DNA of 64,000 bases from the human T2T-CHM13v2.0 reference genome, Homo sapiens: assembly GCA_009914755.4 (NCBI GenBank), contig CP086569.2:62304001-62368000 (forward strand), read 5' to 3'. How positions within the stretch are numbered: the first letter of the stretch is position 1; the number at the start of each line of letters is the position of its first letter. Below are positions 16,201 to 30,804 of the stretch, one piece after another. Below the pieces are notes generated by a model. That model saw only the letters and a list, made by a program, of their open reading frames with translations. It had not been told where the DNA came from and searched no databases. Both the position numbers and the translations under genes were made by a program.

Positions 16201-16606
16201 TGAGAATTTGGTAGAAAAGATGTTTGCTTTAAGAACTTAGGAAAAAGCAAAGAAAACCATATGGCCTATTGGGGGTTAATCTTAATTACATCCTCCTCCT
16301 AAGATGTCATCTCTTGTTCATGCTTTAAGAGTCCAATTATGCTTTTGCAGCTATCGTTCTAATGGGTAATACACATGCTGTTGTGCTATGTAGCTAGAAT
16401 AGAGATCTTTTTATTTCTTATGTACTTCTATCAGTTTGACTTGAAAGAAACAGGTATATTGGGAAGGGGAAGAGGGAGAAGAGACTGTATCCGTAAGTAA
16501 TATGGTGACATTGGCAGTACTGAACGTGCTTATACATAGATAGAAGATAGAAGTAAAAGTGATGTTGCTTATAACCACAGTAAGTTTTATATCTTTTATT
16601 CTACAG

Positions 16607-16664
16607 TTATTTGTTTCATTACATCTGCCAAGACAGGATTGTATATCTTTGTATCACTGATGAT
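16607..16664 (+). CDS. VAMP7: VAMP7 exon 3 (…N YLFHYICQDRIVYLCITDD); acceptor ttctacag|t, donor gat|gtaagt
   Basis: Frame continues from exon 2 (phase 2); 58 nt; recognised longin-domain sequence. Confidence 0.95.
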
Positions 16665-16738
16665 GTAAGTAACTTGAAGACATATTGCTATTTAACTATG
16701 TGTACTGTTAATACAGCCAGTTCTTAATTATCTATACC

Positions 16739-17072
16739 AGGGGTCCCCAACCCCCAGGCTGCAGACCGGTACAGGTCTGTGGCTTGTTAGGAACCAGGCC
16801 ACATAGCAGGAGGTGAGTGGCCTATGAGCATTACCACCTGAGTTCTGCCTCCTGTCAGATCAGCAGCAGCATTAGATTCTCATATGAGTGTGAACCCTGT
16901 TGTGAACTCTGCATCCGAGGGATCTAAATTGCATGCTCCTTAGGAGAATCTAATGCCTGATGATCTGAGGTGGAACAGTTTAATCCCGAAACCATTCACC
17001 CTCCCCCAGTCCTTGGAAAAATTGTCTTCTACAAAACCGGTCCCTGGTGCCAAAAAGGTTGGGGACTGCTGA
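16739..17072. mobile_element. MER1-type non-autonomous hAT-Charlie DNA transposon with terminal inverted repeats (caggggtccccaaccc… / …ggttggggactgctg)
   Basis: Both TIRs and internal ccggtacaggtctgtggcttgttaggaaccaggccac motif recognised. Confidence 0.7.
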
Positions 17073-19095
17073 TCTGTACCTATAGTGGGCAAACGTGATG
17101 CGAACTTTACATAGCTGGAATTGTTAATATTTTGCATTTGTCATATAGAGCAGCAAATGTTAAGAAAACTTGATACTGGGGTATGTGCAAATCAACTCAA
17201 TTTTGGTAGAGTTTTAGCTTAGCCTCTTGCAACTTCTATATTTATTCTATTTTGTAGTGAGAATTGATGTTCATAATTATAATTCTTTGATATCAAAACC
17301 TCTCAAAAATTGTTTACGTGGAATGTTAAATTAGATAGCATCATTTCTTCTATCAGTAGTTAATGAATCCTTTAATGTGTGTGAACTTTGGAAAAACAAA
17401 ATTACAATACATTATGATCAGCTATATAAACCTGTAGTTTACATTGGTTAGGTATGACTGTTTGTCGGCTCTCAGCCCAAAATTCTCAGTAACTTAATGA
17501 TGTCATTAAGGTCCTTTCTCTTCTCTGCTTATCTCCGTGTCTCCTTCTTCCCAGACAGGTTGCCATTATGGTTTCGTAGAGCTACATACTTATTTATTCA
17601 TGTCCGGAGTAGAGGGACTGTGTCTTCTTGAGTGTCTTATTGTAGGAATGAGGAAGCTTTTCCCAGCTGCATGCCCTCCCCTCCCCCTGCTTTCAAAGTG
17701 AACTTCCTTTCATGTCTTATTGGCTGCATGCTCATTTCTAAACTGCCTACTGGCAAAGAGACTTGGAATTGGCATGGTTGCCATAGATCAGGGTTCCTAA
17801 TCTTTATTGTATCACAGACTCGTCACTTGTGGGACACTCCCAGAATGTTTTTGTTTTCTTTTTTTAATTTTCCTTTTCCAGAATGCTTTTAAATGTATAA
17901 AACACACACAATTCTAACAAAGCCAATTATATTGAAATATATATATATATAGTATTCAAAATATTTTAAAAACTTGATGTAGTAATATATATGCTTCTTT
18001 ATGAACTCATTAACAAGATCTAGTCATAGGTCTAATAACTAATAGTCTTGATGTGATGGGTGTTGACAGTATTTTGAGATATCTGTAACTGTGATGGTAT
18101 ACAAAAAAAGATTTCTGTTGGTGACAGTTACAGGTACTGTTTAATACTACCCCGATTATGAATATACAACCTATATTCACAATTGAAATATAAGTTAACG
18201 ATTGATAAAAATAATGATGTGATTTTCTTTTTTTCTATCCAAGTTCAAAGGCCCCTTGAATTTGGACCATTGACCCCAATTTAAGAACCCTTGGCTTAGA
18301 CTAAGCATCTTGGGTGAAAGGGAAATGACTGTCAACCATAGTGATCATCACAATGATTTTTATCTCTGGCTTCACAATATTTTCCAAAAGTACGAAAAAA
18401 TCTAGCTATATGTGAAATGACTGATGTGAAACAGCTTGGAATAGAAGGAAAATACTAATGAAATCTGGGATAGTTAGAGTCGAGCCTCATATTTCTTGAG
18501 CTATAATTTGATACACACATATACATGTATACATAAACACACATACACACATTCATTTTTTTCCTCTAAGGTATTCTTACAGAGAACACACATACTTTTT
18601 GGCTGGCTGGGATTAGACATGAGTATGTCACTTGATCTTTTCAAATATACCACCACTATTGAAAAAATTCGATTTGAAGTTAATATCAGTAGTAGTATCT
18701 GTATGTGTGAAAGACTCTATGATTATTATGGGATTTATTAAACATATTCTTGTGCTGGGCCTTCTAATAGATCTTATGAAATATATGGAGGAAGTAAAAT
18801 TCAATTCCTGATGTCAAGAAGTTGATAACCTAGGTATCATTATCTTCAGTTGTCAATGACCAGATATATCTGGATTCATTCTCAGCTCTTTCATTTACTA
18901 GTTGTTGGACCTTTGGACAAGTTAGTTACTTTTTCAGAGCCTTCCTTTACTTATCTTTAAGATAGGATCAATGCTAGTTCCTCCTCAGATAATCGTTGCT
19001 CAGTAAATGTTAGCTGTTTTTTATTGTTGTTCTTAATCACTCACATCATCTTTGTTTACTTTCTAAATGTGAGTTCTGTGTTGATCTCTTTTCAG

Positions 19096-19233
19096 GATTT
19101 TGAACGTTCCCGAGCCTTTAATTTTCTGAATGAGATAAAGAAGAGGTTCCAGACTACTTACGGTTCAAGAGCACAGACAGCACTTCCATATGCCATGAAT
19201 AGCGAGTTCTCAAGTGTCTTAGCTGCACAGCTG
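19096..19233 (+). CDS. VAMP7: VAMP7 exon 4 (DFERSRAFNFLNEIKKRFQTTYGSRAQTALPYAMNSEFSSVLAAQL); acceptor tcttttcag|g, donor ctg|gtaaga
   Basis: 138 nt, phase 0; translation matches VAMP7. Confidence 0.95.
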
Positions 19234-19739
19234 GTAAGATCTTTCTCAGGATAAGGTATTTTGATTTATATCTTCTTCATTACCTTCAAACACTATGAAT
19301 CTAGGGGGCCCTGACCTGCAATATAGTTTTCTGATTGTGTTACTGTAAGCCAACATAATAAAACTTCCCTGATTAAAAAAAAAATGTAAAGGGGCCATTT
19401 TAGGGTAGAAAACAGTGATAGTCTTTATTATCTCTATTAATAGTGGTCACAGTGTCTCATGATTGGAAGAGCATTAAAGATCATCTAGTTGAACTACCCA
19501 TCTGATGCTTAAATGTGTTCAGCATGCCAAATGATCTTTTAAACTATACGTAAACCTTCTACCCTTCCATGAGGGAAATTTAATTTTCTAACAACCCAAA
19601 TTAATAATTTGAAACTCTCCTCATCTGTTTGAATCCCTAATTGTCAGCTTAGTGAGGTTTTACATGTGAATATACCTGTGAAATACCACTGTACTTAAGA
19701 CAGCATTTTAATCACCCTAAAAGTTCCCTCATATCCCTT

Positions 19740-20360
19740 ACCAGTTGGTCCCCTCCCCTACACTTTGCCCCAGGCAACCACTGATCTGTTTTCTATCACT
19801 ATAAATTAGTTTTGTCTTTTATAGAACTTTCTGTAAATAGAATCATACAGTATGTAAACTTTCTGTAAATGGAATCATACAGTATGTACTTTTTTGTGTC
19901 TTGCTTGTTTCAGTCAGTGTAAGGCTCTTGATATTCTTCCATGTTGTATAAATCAGTAGTTTGTTCCCCTTTTTGCTAAGTAGTAGTATATGCATATACC
20001 ACAATTTGTTTATCCATCCACCTGTTGCTGGATATTTGGGTTGCTTCCAGTTTTCAGCTATCATGAATAAAGCTGCTGTTAACCTCCATGTATAAGTCTT
20101 TGTGTGGACATACGTTTTTATTTCTCTCTGATAAATACCTAGGAATGGAATTGCTGGGTCATATGGTAGGTGATGTGTAATTGAAAAAAAAAAAATCACC
20201 ACTTTTTTTTCCAAAGTGGTTGTACCATTTTATATTCTCACCAGCAGTTCCAGTGTCTCTGCGTCCTTGCCAGTACTTGATGTGGTCTTAAGTTTTGCCA
20301 TTCCAGTTGATGTGTAATGGTATCTCATTGTGGTTTTAATTTATGTTTTCATGATGTCAG
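19740..20360 (-). mobile_element. L1M (ancient L1) 3'-end fragment, antisense; contains a 31-bp tandem duplication (19828-19888)
   Basis: …caaccactgatctgttttctatcacta…aatggaatcatacagtatgta…ggaatggaattgctgggtcatatgg… matches old L1 3'UTR/ORF2 end reverse complement. Confidence 0.7.
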
Positions 20361-20516
20361 ACACCTTTCGAAATGCTTCCCTTTTATCCATGAAACTATT
20401 TGAGTATAAAGACGTAAGCTCTAGCTATGATTTTGTTGTGAGTTTAAAAAAAAGCTGTATTGTAATGGAATACTTTCACTTCTCCTGTGGTTTTAATACT
20501 CTGAGTATTACATTTC

Positions 20517-20546
20517 TAAATTTTATGCACACACACACACACACGC
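20517..20546. repeat. (CA)n microsatellite
   Basis: cacacacacacacacgcacacacat. Confidence 0.9.
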
Positions 20547-21483
20547 ACACACATACTCTTCTGGCAATAAAGTCCCTTTAAATTGGTTACTTATAAACCT
20601 TTATTATTCAAGCAGTTGGTTTGTTTCATACTCCCCACTAGGAAATGTTCATCTATGTAAAACTGTATAAAACACTACCCACAACAAAAATACCAGTACT
20701 TAGTCAAAAGTAAAGGGTCAGCTAGAAACAAAACTTTCAAATTAACCAATTTGTCATTAGCTCTAGATCTGTGTGACCTTCTGAACAAAATCTCTACCTG
20801 TTCCTTTGTCTGTAAATAGAGATAATAGCATCGTTTCATAGAGTTTTGGGGTGGATTAAATAATATCCCGTTTGAAGCACTTAACACAATGAAATGACTG
20901 GAACATTGTGTATTAAGCACCCCATAATTGCTAGCTATGGATAAATAATTTCAAACTATATATTATCAGTGTCTTAGATTCTAGATCCTGTGAGAAGCCA
21001 ATAAAAATAGTTTATATGCTGTGATCCTGGCAGATACAAGAACAGATTCTGAGAAGCTGGGCCAGCCCCTACCTCATCATACTCAAGAAGTGGGGAACAA
21101 TTTTGCAGCATTCTTTCCCCCACTGCCCCAACTACAGTCTTCTTTTTCTCCTTTCTTCCTTGTCTGAGCACAGATTATATATCCCCCCCAATCTCTGCCC
21201 CACAAGTCACATGTATATTTGATATAATGTTTATTTTTATTTTATTTAAAATAAGGTAATTTTTAGACTACATACTTATAGTTTGTATAGAAGCATTTTT
21301 TATGCTGCCCATATTTTTTCCTGGGTATTGTAACATTTTTCCAGTGAAGTGACATGTATCTTTTATATCAATAGAGACATAATTTTATAGCATTCCTCAG
21401 TGTAAATTGTCATTCCCCTTATTTTTGTTTTCCTATTGTAAATAATGTCTAGGTACCATAAGTTAAAACTTATTTTCTTATAG

Positions 21484-21574
21484 AAGCATCACTCTGAGAA
21501 TAAGGGCCTAGACAAAGTGATGGAGACTCAAGCCCAAGTGGATGAACTGAAAGGAATCATGGTCAGAAACATAG
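21484..21574 (+). CDS. VAMP7: VAMP7 exon 5 (KHHSENKGLDKVMETQAQVDELKGIMVRNI + 1 nt); acceptor ttttcttatag|a, donor atag|gtatgt
   Basis: 91 nt; start of SNARE motif; translation matches VAMP7. Confidence 0.95.
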
Positions 21575-22411
21575 GTATGTTTCATGGCATAGTTTCATGC
21601 ATGTGGGCAAAAATGATAAAGATTACTTGACTGGGGTCAAATTATTCTAGAGAAGCCAAAATAGCACTTCCTTATTCTTACCATTGGAAGTTAATTGTCA
21701 GCTGAGACAACTGTGATACTGTCTGCTTGTGCAAATGGTTTCTTCTTTGTCCTTGCAACTATTCTTCATTCTAAATTTACTAGTTTGCTTAACAAGACTA
21801 ATTTCTAAGAACCTTATGATAATTCAGCAGTTTAGAATAATTTGGTCAGTGTGATTGTACAGTATTTCACTGAGTTAATGTATCACGGGTTACCTAACCT
21901 TGCCTGAATTTTGGACGCATAGGTTCTTTAGCACAGTGTTAGAGTGCTGTTTTGCAACCAGATAAGGAGCTTGCTGAAGAATGTCAATCAATATTGTGCT
22001 TCCTTCACTGAGGCCCTCTTGCTATGAAAATGTCAATTGGACTGAACAGTATGCTTAGAGACTTAGTCAACCAGTTGCAAATACTCTTAAGTAGGACTGA
22101 TTTAGAAGTTTATCCTACAGTAGTAACCATACTGTTATATTTTTGTGCCTATTATGTTTTTCTTATTTTCTTGAGATTAATTATCGGGAATGGGATTAAT
22201 AATCAAAATGCGCAAACGTTTTCGTGGTTCTTGATATGTACGTCTTGGCTATTTAAAGTGATTTCCTTTAATTGATTTTAGTTTTAATTATATATCTAGA
22301 TAGAGACTAGAGAATCTGTTGAGACAACTACTATTTATTTTTATTCTTTTTTTTGTCACCAAATGTATTTATTTTGCCCGAAAGTGGAGGCAGACAATTG
22401 CTACAATATTA

Positions 22412-25366
<2,955 letters not shown>

Positions 25367-25868
25367 CAGCAAATTTAAAATGTGACAAGAACATTCCTAG
25401 TTAATTCCCTTTCATTTTTTTAACAGCTTAATTGAAATATAATTCACATATCATATAATTCACCCATTTAAAGTATACAGTCAGTGGTTACTATATTCAC
25501 AGAATTGTACAACCATTGCTGCAATCAATTTTGTAACATTTTTATCATCCCTAAATGAAGCCCTGTACTCATTTGCAGTTGCTCCTCAACTCTCAGACCT
25601 AAGCAACAATTAATTCCCTTTTCTTCTTCATAAATTTGCCTATTCTGGACATTTCGTATAAATGGAATCTTGTAATATGTGGCCTTTTGTGTCTTCGTTC
25701 ACTTAGCGTAATGATTGTGAGATTCATTCATGTCGTAGCATAAATCAATACTTAATTCTTTTTTATGACTAATAATTCCAATGCATTAATGCATTTTATG
25801 TATCTACTCATTAGTTCATGGTCTGGTTATTATAAATAATGCTGCTATGAACATTTGTGTACAAGTTT

Positions 25869-25906
25869 TTGTGTGAGCATATATATATATTATATATTAT
25901 ATATAT
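25869..25906. repeat. (TA)n microsatellite
   Basis: atatatatatattatatattatatatatatatatg. Confidence 0.85.
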
Positions 25907-27099
25907 ATATATGTTTTTGGTTCTCTTGCTTACATACCTAGGAATAGAATTGCTGGATCACATGGCAACTTTGTAACATTTTGAAGAAGGGCCAAACTTT
26001 CCTAAAGTGACTGCACCTTTATACATTCCTAATAGCAATGTATGAGGATTCTGATTCCTCCACATCCTTGCCAAAACTTATCTTTTTTGATTATACCCAG
26101 TCTAGTGAAATGGTACTTTATTGTGATTTTGATTTGCATTTCCCTGATGACTAATGATGTTGAGCATTTTTTCATGTGCTTATAGGCCATTCGTATATTT
26201 TCTTTACCTTTGGAGAAATGTCTATTTAAAAATACTTTATTGTTTTTAAGTGGGTTATTTGTCTTTTTATGGTTGAGCTATAACAGTACTTTATATATTC
26301 TGGATACTAGACCCTTATCAGATACATGATTTTCAAATATTTTGCTCTATTCTGTGAGTTGTCTTTTCATTTTCTTGATGGTGTTCTTTGAAGCACAACA
26401 GTTTTTATGAAGTCCAATTTATTTTTTTCTTTAGTTTGTGCTTTGAATAACATATCTAAGAAACTGTCGCCTAAGCCAAGATCATGAAGATTTACTACTT
26501 TGTTTTCTTCTAAGACTAGTTTTAGCTCTTACATTTCTATCTATGATCTATTTTGAGTTAATGTTTATGTATGGAATAAAGAAGAGATCCAACTTAATTC
26601 TGTTGAATATGTATATACAGTTGTTCCAGAACCATTTGCTGAAAAGGCTTTTCTTTCCCTGTTGAATGATCTTAGCATTCTTATCAAAAATTAGTTATCA
26701 ATGGATGTATAGCTTTGTTTCTGGACCTTCAGTTCTGTTCAGTTTATCTTTATGCCAGTACCAGGCTGTCATGATTATTATAGCTTTGTAGTAGGTTTTA
26801 AAATCAGGAAATATTCATCTTCCAACTTTATTCTTTCTCAAAATTGCTTTGACTATTCTGGGTACCTTTCATTTTCATGAACTTTAGGATGAGCTTGTCA
26901 ATTTCAGATAGCAAAAAAAGCTATCTGGGATTTTGATAGGGATTGTGTTGAATCTGTAGATCAATTAGGGGAGCCATTTTAACAATATTAAACTTCTGAT
27001 CCATGAACATGGGCTTTCTTTCTATTCATTTAGGTTTTCTTTAATTTTTTCCAACAATGTTTTGTAGTTTTCAGTGTGCAAGTCTTACATGACAAAGAC

Positions 27100-27545
27100 T
27101 CTGCTTCACCAAATTTTAGACAAGCTCCTCTGAGCACTCTGTTAAACTAGGTCTCATCCTCGGGCTCTGTCCTTGGCCTGCCTAAGGAAGTCTTAGCAAA
27201 GAATCCTGCTAATACCCCACCCTTGATCAAGTTCCTTGTCCCCTATATTTGATATATAAGTCCGGCCAGCTTTTAGCAGGAATCCTGTTAGGCCAGTTTA
27301 GAGAGAATCCCCTTGCCCTTGATGCCTCCTCTTAGTAATTTTCCATCCTCTGACCCCCTCACTCTGTTCATTGGCCACAAATCCCCACTGGTCTTGGTTG
27401 TGTTAGGAGTTGAGCTCAATCTCTCCCCTCCATTGTGATAGCCTTGACCCCTATTGCAGTAATCTCAAAATCTGCCTTACCATTTTTAAACCAGTGTCAG
27501 AATAATTTTTCTTTAACAATATCTCTTCTAACATCCTTCTTGCCT
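27100..27545. mobile_element. Unclassified ~450-bp interspersed sequence interrupting the old L1 (possibly a solo LTR); family not recognised
   Basis: L1 ORF2 homology stops at ~27100 and resumes at ~27545; intervening sequence GC-richer and non-L1. Confidence 0.3.
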
Positions 27546-28253
27546 TGTTCCTAAGTATTTTTTTATGCTATTGTAAGTGGAATTTTTCTCTTTCATTTTC
27601 GGATTGTTCAGTACTAATGTATAGAAATTTTATTGATTTTTATAAATTGGTGTTGTATCATACAACCTTGTTCTCATTTATTAGTTCTAATAGCTTTTTA
27701 ATAGTTTCCTTAGGATTTTCTCTATATAGAATCATGCTACTTGCAAATAGAGATAGTTTTAATTCTTCCTTTTCAATCTGGATGCTTTTCATTTCTTTTT
27801 ATTGCTTAATTGCCCTAGCTAGAACCTCCAGTATAATGTTGAATAGAAGTGGTAAGAGTGGACATCATTGTCTTATTCCTGCTCTTAGGGAGATCTTGAA
27901 GAATCTTCCACAATTAAGTATGAGGTTAGCTGTGGGTTTTTCATAGATGTCCTTTATCAGGTTGAGGAAGTTTCTTTTTCTTATTTGTTGAGTGGTTTTA
28001 TCATTAAACAGTGTTGGATTTTGTCAATTTTTTTTACATCTATTGAAATGATGGTTTTTGTTCTTTATTAATATGATGTATTATAACAATTGATTTTCAG
28101 ATATTAAATCAACCTTGTGTTTCTGAAATGAATCCCACTGCATCATGGTGTATAGTCCTTTTTGCATATTATTGGATTCATCCTGCCAGTAGTCTGTTGA
28201 GGATTTGTTAAATGTCTGTATTTTTAAGAGTTGTTGGTATATCATTTTCTTTT

Positions 28254-29582
28254 ATTTATTTATTTATTTTATTATTTTTTTTTATTGATCATTCTTGGGT
28301 GTTTCTCACAGACGGGGATTTGGCAGGGTCATGGGACAATAGTGGAGGGAAGATCAGCAGATAAACAAGTGAACAAAGGTCTCTGGTTTTCCTAGGCAGA
28401 GGACCCTGCGGCCTTCCACAGTGTTTGTGTCCCTGGGTACTTGAGATTAGGGAGTGGTGATGACTCTTAACGAGCATGCTGCCTTCAAGCATCTGTTTAA
28501 CAAAGCACATTTGCACCGCCCTTAATCCATTTAACCCTGAGTGGACACAGCACATGTTTCAGAGAGCACAGGGTTGGGGGTAAGGTCATAGATCAACAGG
28601 ATCCCAAGGCAGAAGAATTTTTCTTAGTACAGAACAAAATGAAAAGTCTCCCATGTCTACTTCTTTCTTCACAGACACAGCAACCATCCGATTTCTCAAT
28701 CTTTTCCCCACCTTTCCCCCTTTTCTATTCCACAAAACCGCCATTGTCATCATGGCCCGTTCTCAATGAGCTATTGGGTACACCTCCCAGACGGGGCGGC
28801 TGCTGGGCGGAGGGGCTCCTCACTTCGCAGACGGGGCGGCTGCCGGGTGGAGGGTCTCCTCACTTCTCAGACAGGGCGGCCGGGCAGCGACGCTCCTCAC
28901 CTCCCAGAAGGGGCGGCGGGGCAGAGGCGCTCCCCACATCTCAGACGATGGGCGGCCGGGCAGAGACGCTCCTCACTTCCTAGATGGGATGGCGGCTGGG
29001 CAGAGACGCTCCTCACTTCCTAGATGGGATGGCGGCCGGGCAGAGATGCTCCTCACTTTCCAGACTGGGCAGCCAGGCAGAGGGGCTCCTCACATCCCAG
29101 ACGATGGGTGCCCAGGCAGAGACGCTCCTCACTTCCCAGACGGGGTGGCGGCTGGGCAGAGGCTGCAATCTCGGCACTTTGGGAGGCCAAGGCAGGCGGC
29201 TGGGAGGTGGAGGTTGCAGCGAGCCGAGATCGCGCCACTGCACTCCAGCCTGGGCACCATTGAGCACTGAGTGAACGAGACTCCGTCTGCAATCCCGGCA
29301 CCTCGGGAGGCCGAGGCTGGCGGATCACTCGCGGTTAGCAGCTGGAGACCAGCCCGGCCAACACAGCGAAACCCCGTCTCCACCAAAAAAATACGAAAAC
29401 CAGTCAGGCGTGGCAGCACTCGGCAGGCTGAGGCAGGAGAATCAGGCAGGGAGGTTGCAGTGAGCCGAGATAGCAGTAGTACAGTCCAGCTTCGGCTGGG
29501 CATCAGAGGGAGACCGTGGAAAGAGAGGGAGAGGGAGACCGTGGGGAGAGTGAGAGGGGGAGGGGGAGAGGGAGAGGGAGAG
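28254..29582 (-). mobile_element. SVA retrotransposon (hominid-specific), antisense: poly(A)/(TAAA)n tail 28254-28283, SINE-R 28284-~28770, VNTR ~28770-29150, Alu-like ~29150-29495, (CCCTCT)n hexamer ~29495-29582; TSD cattttctttt at ~28243-28253 and 29584-29594
   Basis: All four SVA modules recognised in reverse-complement order; GC-rich 37-50-bp VNTR units (…cctcacttcccagacggggcggctgccgggcggag…). Confidence 0.9.
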
Positions 29583-29775
29583 CCATTTTCTTTTCTTGTG
29601 ATGTCTTTGTTTGGTTTTGATACCAGGGTAATGCTGGGCTCATAGAATGAGTCAAGAAGTGTTCCCCTTTTCTTCTATTTTGGAAAGATTTGTGAAAGTT
29701 TTGTATTAATTCTTGAAATGTTTGGTAGAATTCACCTTTGAAGCCACCTGGGCTTGGGCTTTTCTTTGTGTGAAG

Positions 29776-30120
29776 CTTTTTTGTTTTTGTTTTTGTTTTT
29801 TGAGATGGGGTCTGTCTGTCACCCAGGCTGGAGTGCAGTGACATGATCCTCTCTAATTCCTCTTTCATTCCCTTGGTGGGAGGGTTACCTGCAGCCTTGA
29901 CCTCCTGGGCTCCGGTAATCTTCCCACCTCAGCCTCCCAAGCAGCTGGGACTGCAGGCATGTGCCACCACACCTGGCTAATTTTTGTTTTTTGGTTTTTT
30001 TGTAGAGACAAGGTCTTGCCATGTTGCCCAGGCTAGTCTCAAACTCCTGGGCTCAAGCGATCCACTTGCCTCAGCCTACCAAAGTGCTAGGATTACAGGC
30101 ATGAGCCTCCATGCCCGGCC
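29776..30120 (-). mobile_element. Alu (with ~35-bp internal non-Alu insertion), nested in old L1
   Basis: …gagatggggtctgtctgtcacccaggctggagtgcagtg…ccatgcccggcc. Confidence 0.85.
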
Positions 30121-30591
30121 TGAAGTTTTAAAATTACTGATTTAGTCTCTATGCTTGCTGTAGCTATTCAGATTTTTTATTTCTTCTTGAGTCTGTTTAG
30201 CAGTTTGTATCTTTCTAGGAATTTGTGCATTTCATCTAAGTTACCTAATTTATTTACACACTCCTGTTTATAGAATTCCCCTAAGATCCTCTTCATTTTG
30301 TAAGTTTGGTGGTGATGTCTCCTCTTTCATTTCTGATTTTAGTAATGTAAGTTTTTTCTGTTTTACTTGGTCATTCTACGTAAAGGTTTGTCAATTTTAT
30401 TGATCTTTCTAAAGAACCAACTTCTGGTTTCATAGATTTTTTTTCTATAGTTTTTCTGTTCTCTATTTAATTTGTTCACCCTAATATTTATTTCCTTCCC
30501 ACTGCTAGCTTTAGATTTAGTTTACCCTTCTTTTCTAGATCCATAAGGTAGAAAGTTAAGTTGTTAGGTTGTTAATTTGAGATCATTTGTC

Positions 30592-30790
30592 TTAGCTCAG
30601 GCTGCCATAACAAAATTCCATAGACGTAGTGACTTAAACAACAGAAATTTATTTTCTCACATTTCTGGAGGCTAGAAGTCCAAGATCACGGTGCCAGTAT
30701 GGTCAGGTTCTGGTAAGGGCTCTCTTCCTGGCTTGCAGACAGCATCTTCTCTCTCTGTTCTCCCATCAGGCAAGGAAAAGAGAGCTAGCT
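30592..30790 (-). mobile_element. MaLR LTR fragment (MLT1/MST-like)
   Basis: gctgccataacaaaattccatagacgtagtgacttaaacaacagaaatttattttctcacatttctggaggctagaagtccaagatcacggtgccag. Confidence 0.55.
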
Positions 30791-30804
30791 GTCTAGTGTC
30801 TTTT

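Larger units (their letters stand above)
25425..30560 (-). mobile_element. Older primate L1 (L1PB/L1MA-like), antisense, 3' end at ~25425; body in pieces 25425-27100, 27545-28253, 29583-29775, 30121-30560, interrupted by an unclassified ~450-bp insert, an SVA and an Alu
   Basis: Reverse-complement of old-L1 3'UTR (…cacccatttaaagtatacagtcagtgg…) followed by diverged ORF2 (antisense) sequence throughout. Confidence 0.7.

Noticed and set aside
28639-29503. Cluster of overlapping 80-125 aa ORFs on both strands, and a periodic ~37-50 bp GC-rich repeat array that could superficially resemble a CRISPR array
   Set aside because: This is the VNTR plus Alu-like region of an SVA retrotransposon. The repeats are imperfect, GC-rich and have no spacers or leader, and the ORFs are repeat artefacts.
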